From Eledone cirrhosa (Eukaryota), in NCBI GenBank assembly GCA_964016885.1, contig OZ024743.1, positions 52,762,001 to 52,826,000 on the forward strand: a stretch of 64,000 bases of DNA, read 5' to 3'. A program made the translations under genes and the position numbers. This document shows positions 60,402-64,000 of the stretch, one piece after another; positions within the stretch are counted from its first letter, which is position 1, and every line of letters starts with the position of its first letter. Below the pieces are notes generated by a model, which had not been told where the DNA came from, ran no database searches, and saw only the letters and a list, made by a program, of their open reading frames with translations.

Positions 60402-61138
60402 AGTAACAGTCCAGAGCTGTTATAAATTTCTTTCCTTCCAGTAATCACACCCTGAATGTTCGGCTGGACCAAAGGGGGGAGGGTCACACGGGTAGTAAAA
60501 CCCTCAGAGGAAGTATGGCGATACTACCAAGTCATACTCGATTGTTGTAGTAGTAGAATTATATATACATGTGTTGCTTCAGACATCCTTATTTTTCTAC
60601 CTCCTCCTTACAATATAACCCCCACAGACCCACCAATCTAACCACCCCACCTCTCTCTCACATAGTCTCTCTCACACACACACACTCTCTCTCTCTCTCA
60701 CACACATCTCTCTCTCTATATATATATATATATATGTTTGTATATATGGAGAGAGAGGTGTGTGTGTGTGTGTGTCAGTCACATTGTCAGGTTCTGTTAT
60801 GTATTAAACCACCCACCCTACAACCACCCGTACCCAACAACCAACATACTAGATACCCCGACACCATTCTTACACCCCACCACCACCACCACCACCACCA
60901 CTATCAACACACCCATCTCCATACCCCTAAAATCTCTCAGCAATCCACCCACGCATCTATCAACACATCAGTAAGGAAGAAAAGAAAAAAGGGGTTGTTT
61001 GGTATTGGAGGTGTTAATTGATAATAAAAAGGTTGGCATGGGGTGAAATTGATGTGGGAGGGAGGGAGGAAATAGGGAAGTAAGGATCTCAAGGATTGTA
61101 AACTGGGGTAGCAAGTGTCTGAAGACGACACACACACA

Positions 61139-61310
<172 letters not shown>

Positions 61311-61944
61311 GTCACATACATGTAGACATAACTTTCAGTTTTAACCAGCGACCTTCTGTTGTGTCTGAAACCTACCATTACATATAAACACTCGTACATA
61401 AATATGTTTGTATGTCGGTCTTATGTTAGGGCCTGAGCTTATTTAGAGAGGCTGGTGTGGTGTGGTGTGTGTTGTGGTGTGTGTTGTGGTGTGTGCGTGT
61501 GTCTGGTGTGTGTGGTGTGTGGTGTGTGGTGTGTGTGTGGTGTGTGTGGTGTGTGTGTGCCTGTGTGCCTGTGTGCCTGTGTGTGTGTGTGTGTGTGTGT
61601 GTGCCTGTGTGCCTGTGTGTGGTGTGTGTGTGTGTGCCTGTGTGTGTGTGTGTGTGTGCCTGTGTGCCTGTGAGCCTGTGTGCCTGTGTGTGTGTGTGTG
61701 TGTGTGTAAATACTAGAAGCCGAGGAGGAGAATTACTTTGAGAGTGTAAGCAATTGAAAGATGTTTGCCAGGCAAAACATTGAGTGATTTAGAAAGAGTT
61801 GAGGACAAAGGAGGTGGAAGATGGTGGTGATGGGGGGCATAGTGGGGATGGGGGTGGAACTGTTGTTGGGCAGGGTATGGAATGGTGAAAGGAAGAGAAG
61901 GATGGAAGTGAAGAAAAGATGGAAAAAAGGGAAGGAAGAGTAAA

Positions 61945-62105
61945 CGGTGGATGGAAGTGACGGATGGACGAAAGGGTGGATGGAAGTGACGGATGGATGA
62001 AAGGGTGGATGGAAGTGATGGAAGAGTGAAAGGGTGGATGGAAGTGATGGAAGGGTGAAAGGGTGGATGGAAGTGCTGGAAGGGTGAAAGGGTGGATGGA
62101 AGTGA
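61945..62105. repeat. 21-25-bp minisatellite AAAGGGTGGATGGAAGTGATGG
   Basis: About 6 copies. Confidence 0.85.
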
Positions 62106-62569
62106 AAGATGGAAACAAAAATATAACATGGCGGGAGACGAAAAAAAAACGAAAAGAAAAAAGAAATAATAATTTTTAAAAAGTCAAAAGCATCAATAAA
62201 AAGCAACATTATTAACTTTTATAACTTTGAGTGCGTGTTTATATTATCATATAATAGACATCACACCACCCGGTCTGTTTTTACCTTTTCTACACCTCAG
62301 TGTCCTTCTTTATCTACATGTTGAACCACAATCCTTATTCTCTTCTATTTTACTATTTCTCTCCTTTAGTTAAGCCCTTGTACTCTCTATATTTGTGTAA
62401 TTTGTCTAAAGGTATAACTTGTCTCTGTTTTGTTATGTGCCTGGACATGGAATGAATGGTATCGACCTTAACCCACCAAAACCGTAGAGATCTGTCTGTC
62501 TTTCTGTTGTTTTTTCCATTGTCTTTATCCGGTGCGCTCCCTATTTTGAATTTATATATAATTAGTTGA

Positions 62570-63000
62570 TTCAGTCTGTATGTGTGTACATAGGTCTAAA
62601 TTAACGTCTAGGGGGTTAATATTGTTGAGGTTGGTGGATATAGTAATTGTTAAGCCTAGGCTGTTGAAGGTAGTAATCAGTTTTTTTCTAAATGTGTTGA
62701 GGTCATGGCCACTTTTATGACTGGATAGTGCCAGACTGTCATCACGATATAGGTCTTATGGAAGTCAGGGAATTTCTTATGTAGTGTATCTAAGATAAAA
62801 AAGTCCACCAAATCACATATATCATCACTGTCAAATGATCCCATCGGGACATCAAATAGGTCGTTGTTAGTGGATTTCTTTCTCCAGGGGTCGTCTTTAT
62901 TAAAGAGGAGGGTTTTTCTGCTGTGGGATATTACTAATTGATCTAACTCATCTATATTGGTCAAATTGCTAGCGAATTCAAGGCTTTTCAAGTAAAATCC
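62570..63000 (-). pseudogene. PLE RT fragment (MGSFD / YRDD type)
   Basis: RKTLLFNKDDPWRKK...FDVPMGSFD..ICDLV. Shifted frame: LYRDDSLAL...FNSLGLTITISTNLNNINPLDVNLDL. Confidence 0.8.
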
Positions 63001-63202
63001 TGGATATCGAAGGGTAAAAGTCAACTATATCAAAGTGTTATTCAGTGAATATCTGGTGGTACCTATATGAGCACTCGATGTACAGACAGAATGTATATGA
63101 TAAAAAACAAAACATGTTCTTATTGTGTATCGTCCTGCTACGCGAGTATTGCGTATACACAATAAAACATAAATACAAATAAACGAAACTTCACCATTTT
63201 GC

Positions 63203-63288
<86 letters not shown>

Positions 63289-63293
<5 letters not shown>

Positions 63294-63485
63294 TAAAATA
63301 ACAGATTAAAGTTTAAGCAAAGAATCGATGCTTTCACCCTTAACGGGATCTTCTGAAACTAAAAAAGTCAATCTGCGAATGCAGAATTAAATATTTCAAA
63401 AAACGTTGCAACCGGAGGAAGACAGGGAGACGATACTTTGGTTCGTGGAAACGTTCCCCGGCAAAGAACGGGAAAAAACGAAAAA
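63289..63485 (-). mobile_element. Family F copy with variant HHR (63310-63360)
   Basis: Minus: AGTTT-CAGAAGA-TCCC gttaa GGGT-GAAA-GCA tcgattctt TGC-TT-AAACT. Confidence 0.7.
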
Positions 63486-63488
63486 AAG

Positions 63489-64000
63489 CCGTACGGCTTA
63501 ATTCGATGTTTGTTTACAAACACACCGAGCATTATAATAAATGTTCGGTGAATCCATACGTACATATATATATGTGTGCATGTATGTATATATATATATA
63601 TATACATACTACTATACGTCTGTATACATATATGTATGTACGTATATATACTTATATTTAAGTAACAGCCGTACTAAGAGTGAGAAATGAAATTTCGTTT
63701 CATTTTTTCCGTTTATCGTTTTCGGGGCGCCCGGCCGATTAACTCACTCGATATGCAAATTAGGCTGCTCAGCCGTTAATATGCATAAGGAAAGTATATA
63801 CTTTCAGACGTTCAATCATCTGGCAGGAAGGTATACGTTGCTGACGATAGCTAATAAGCTTGAAATTAGTACAGCGTTCCTTTGTCAGTGTTGAACAAAT
63901 GAGCAACGATGGTTGCTAGACACTGTACGGCTTAATTCGGGATGTTTGTTTACAAACACACCGAGCATTATAATAAATGTTCGGTGAATCCATACGTACA
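63489..64000 (+). mobile_element. Family B array (436-bp period), continues beyond the window; HHR 63835-63877, octamer 63753-63760
   Basis: CCGAGCATTA at 63525 and 63961. ACGTTG-CTGACGA-TAGC taataa GCTT-GAAA-TTAG-TA-CAGCGT. Confidence 0.9.

Overview
Gene-free, AT-rich, extremely repeat-dense animal DNA. The tRNA-type SINE family and microsatellite load suggest an octopus or other coleoid cephalopod (inference). No intact host gene is evident, and nearly all listed ORFs are translations of simple repeats. Recognisable relics are several Penelope-like elements (PLEs; RT + GIY-YIG), two tandem Tx1/L1-type LINE fragments, CRE-type RLE and RTE fragments, a mariner pseudogene, MITEs, a Helentron-like element, about 12 copies of one SINE, and large mini/microsatellite fields (33.4-42.7 kb, 46.1-51.1 kb). 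The signal the ORF track misses is RNA. Reading both strands by eye I find 15 type I hammerhead ribozymes (HHRs) with intact CUGANGA/GAAA/UH cores and paired stems, plus about 12 variant or degenerate ones. Many sit in non-coding tandem units of about 465, 440, 664 and 1005 bp (possibly also 575 bp), i.e. retrozyme-like families predicted to make circular RNAs. The 465-bp and ~440-bp families are diverged homologues with covarying hairpins and a conserved ATGCAAAT octamer upstream of the HHR. Most of these elements lie in (TA)n tracts, and many carry a head-to-head 5' inversion like the neighbouring PLEs, pointing to a PLE-mobilised ribozyme-RNA ecosystem. All folds were read by eye and element boundaries are approximate.
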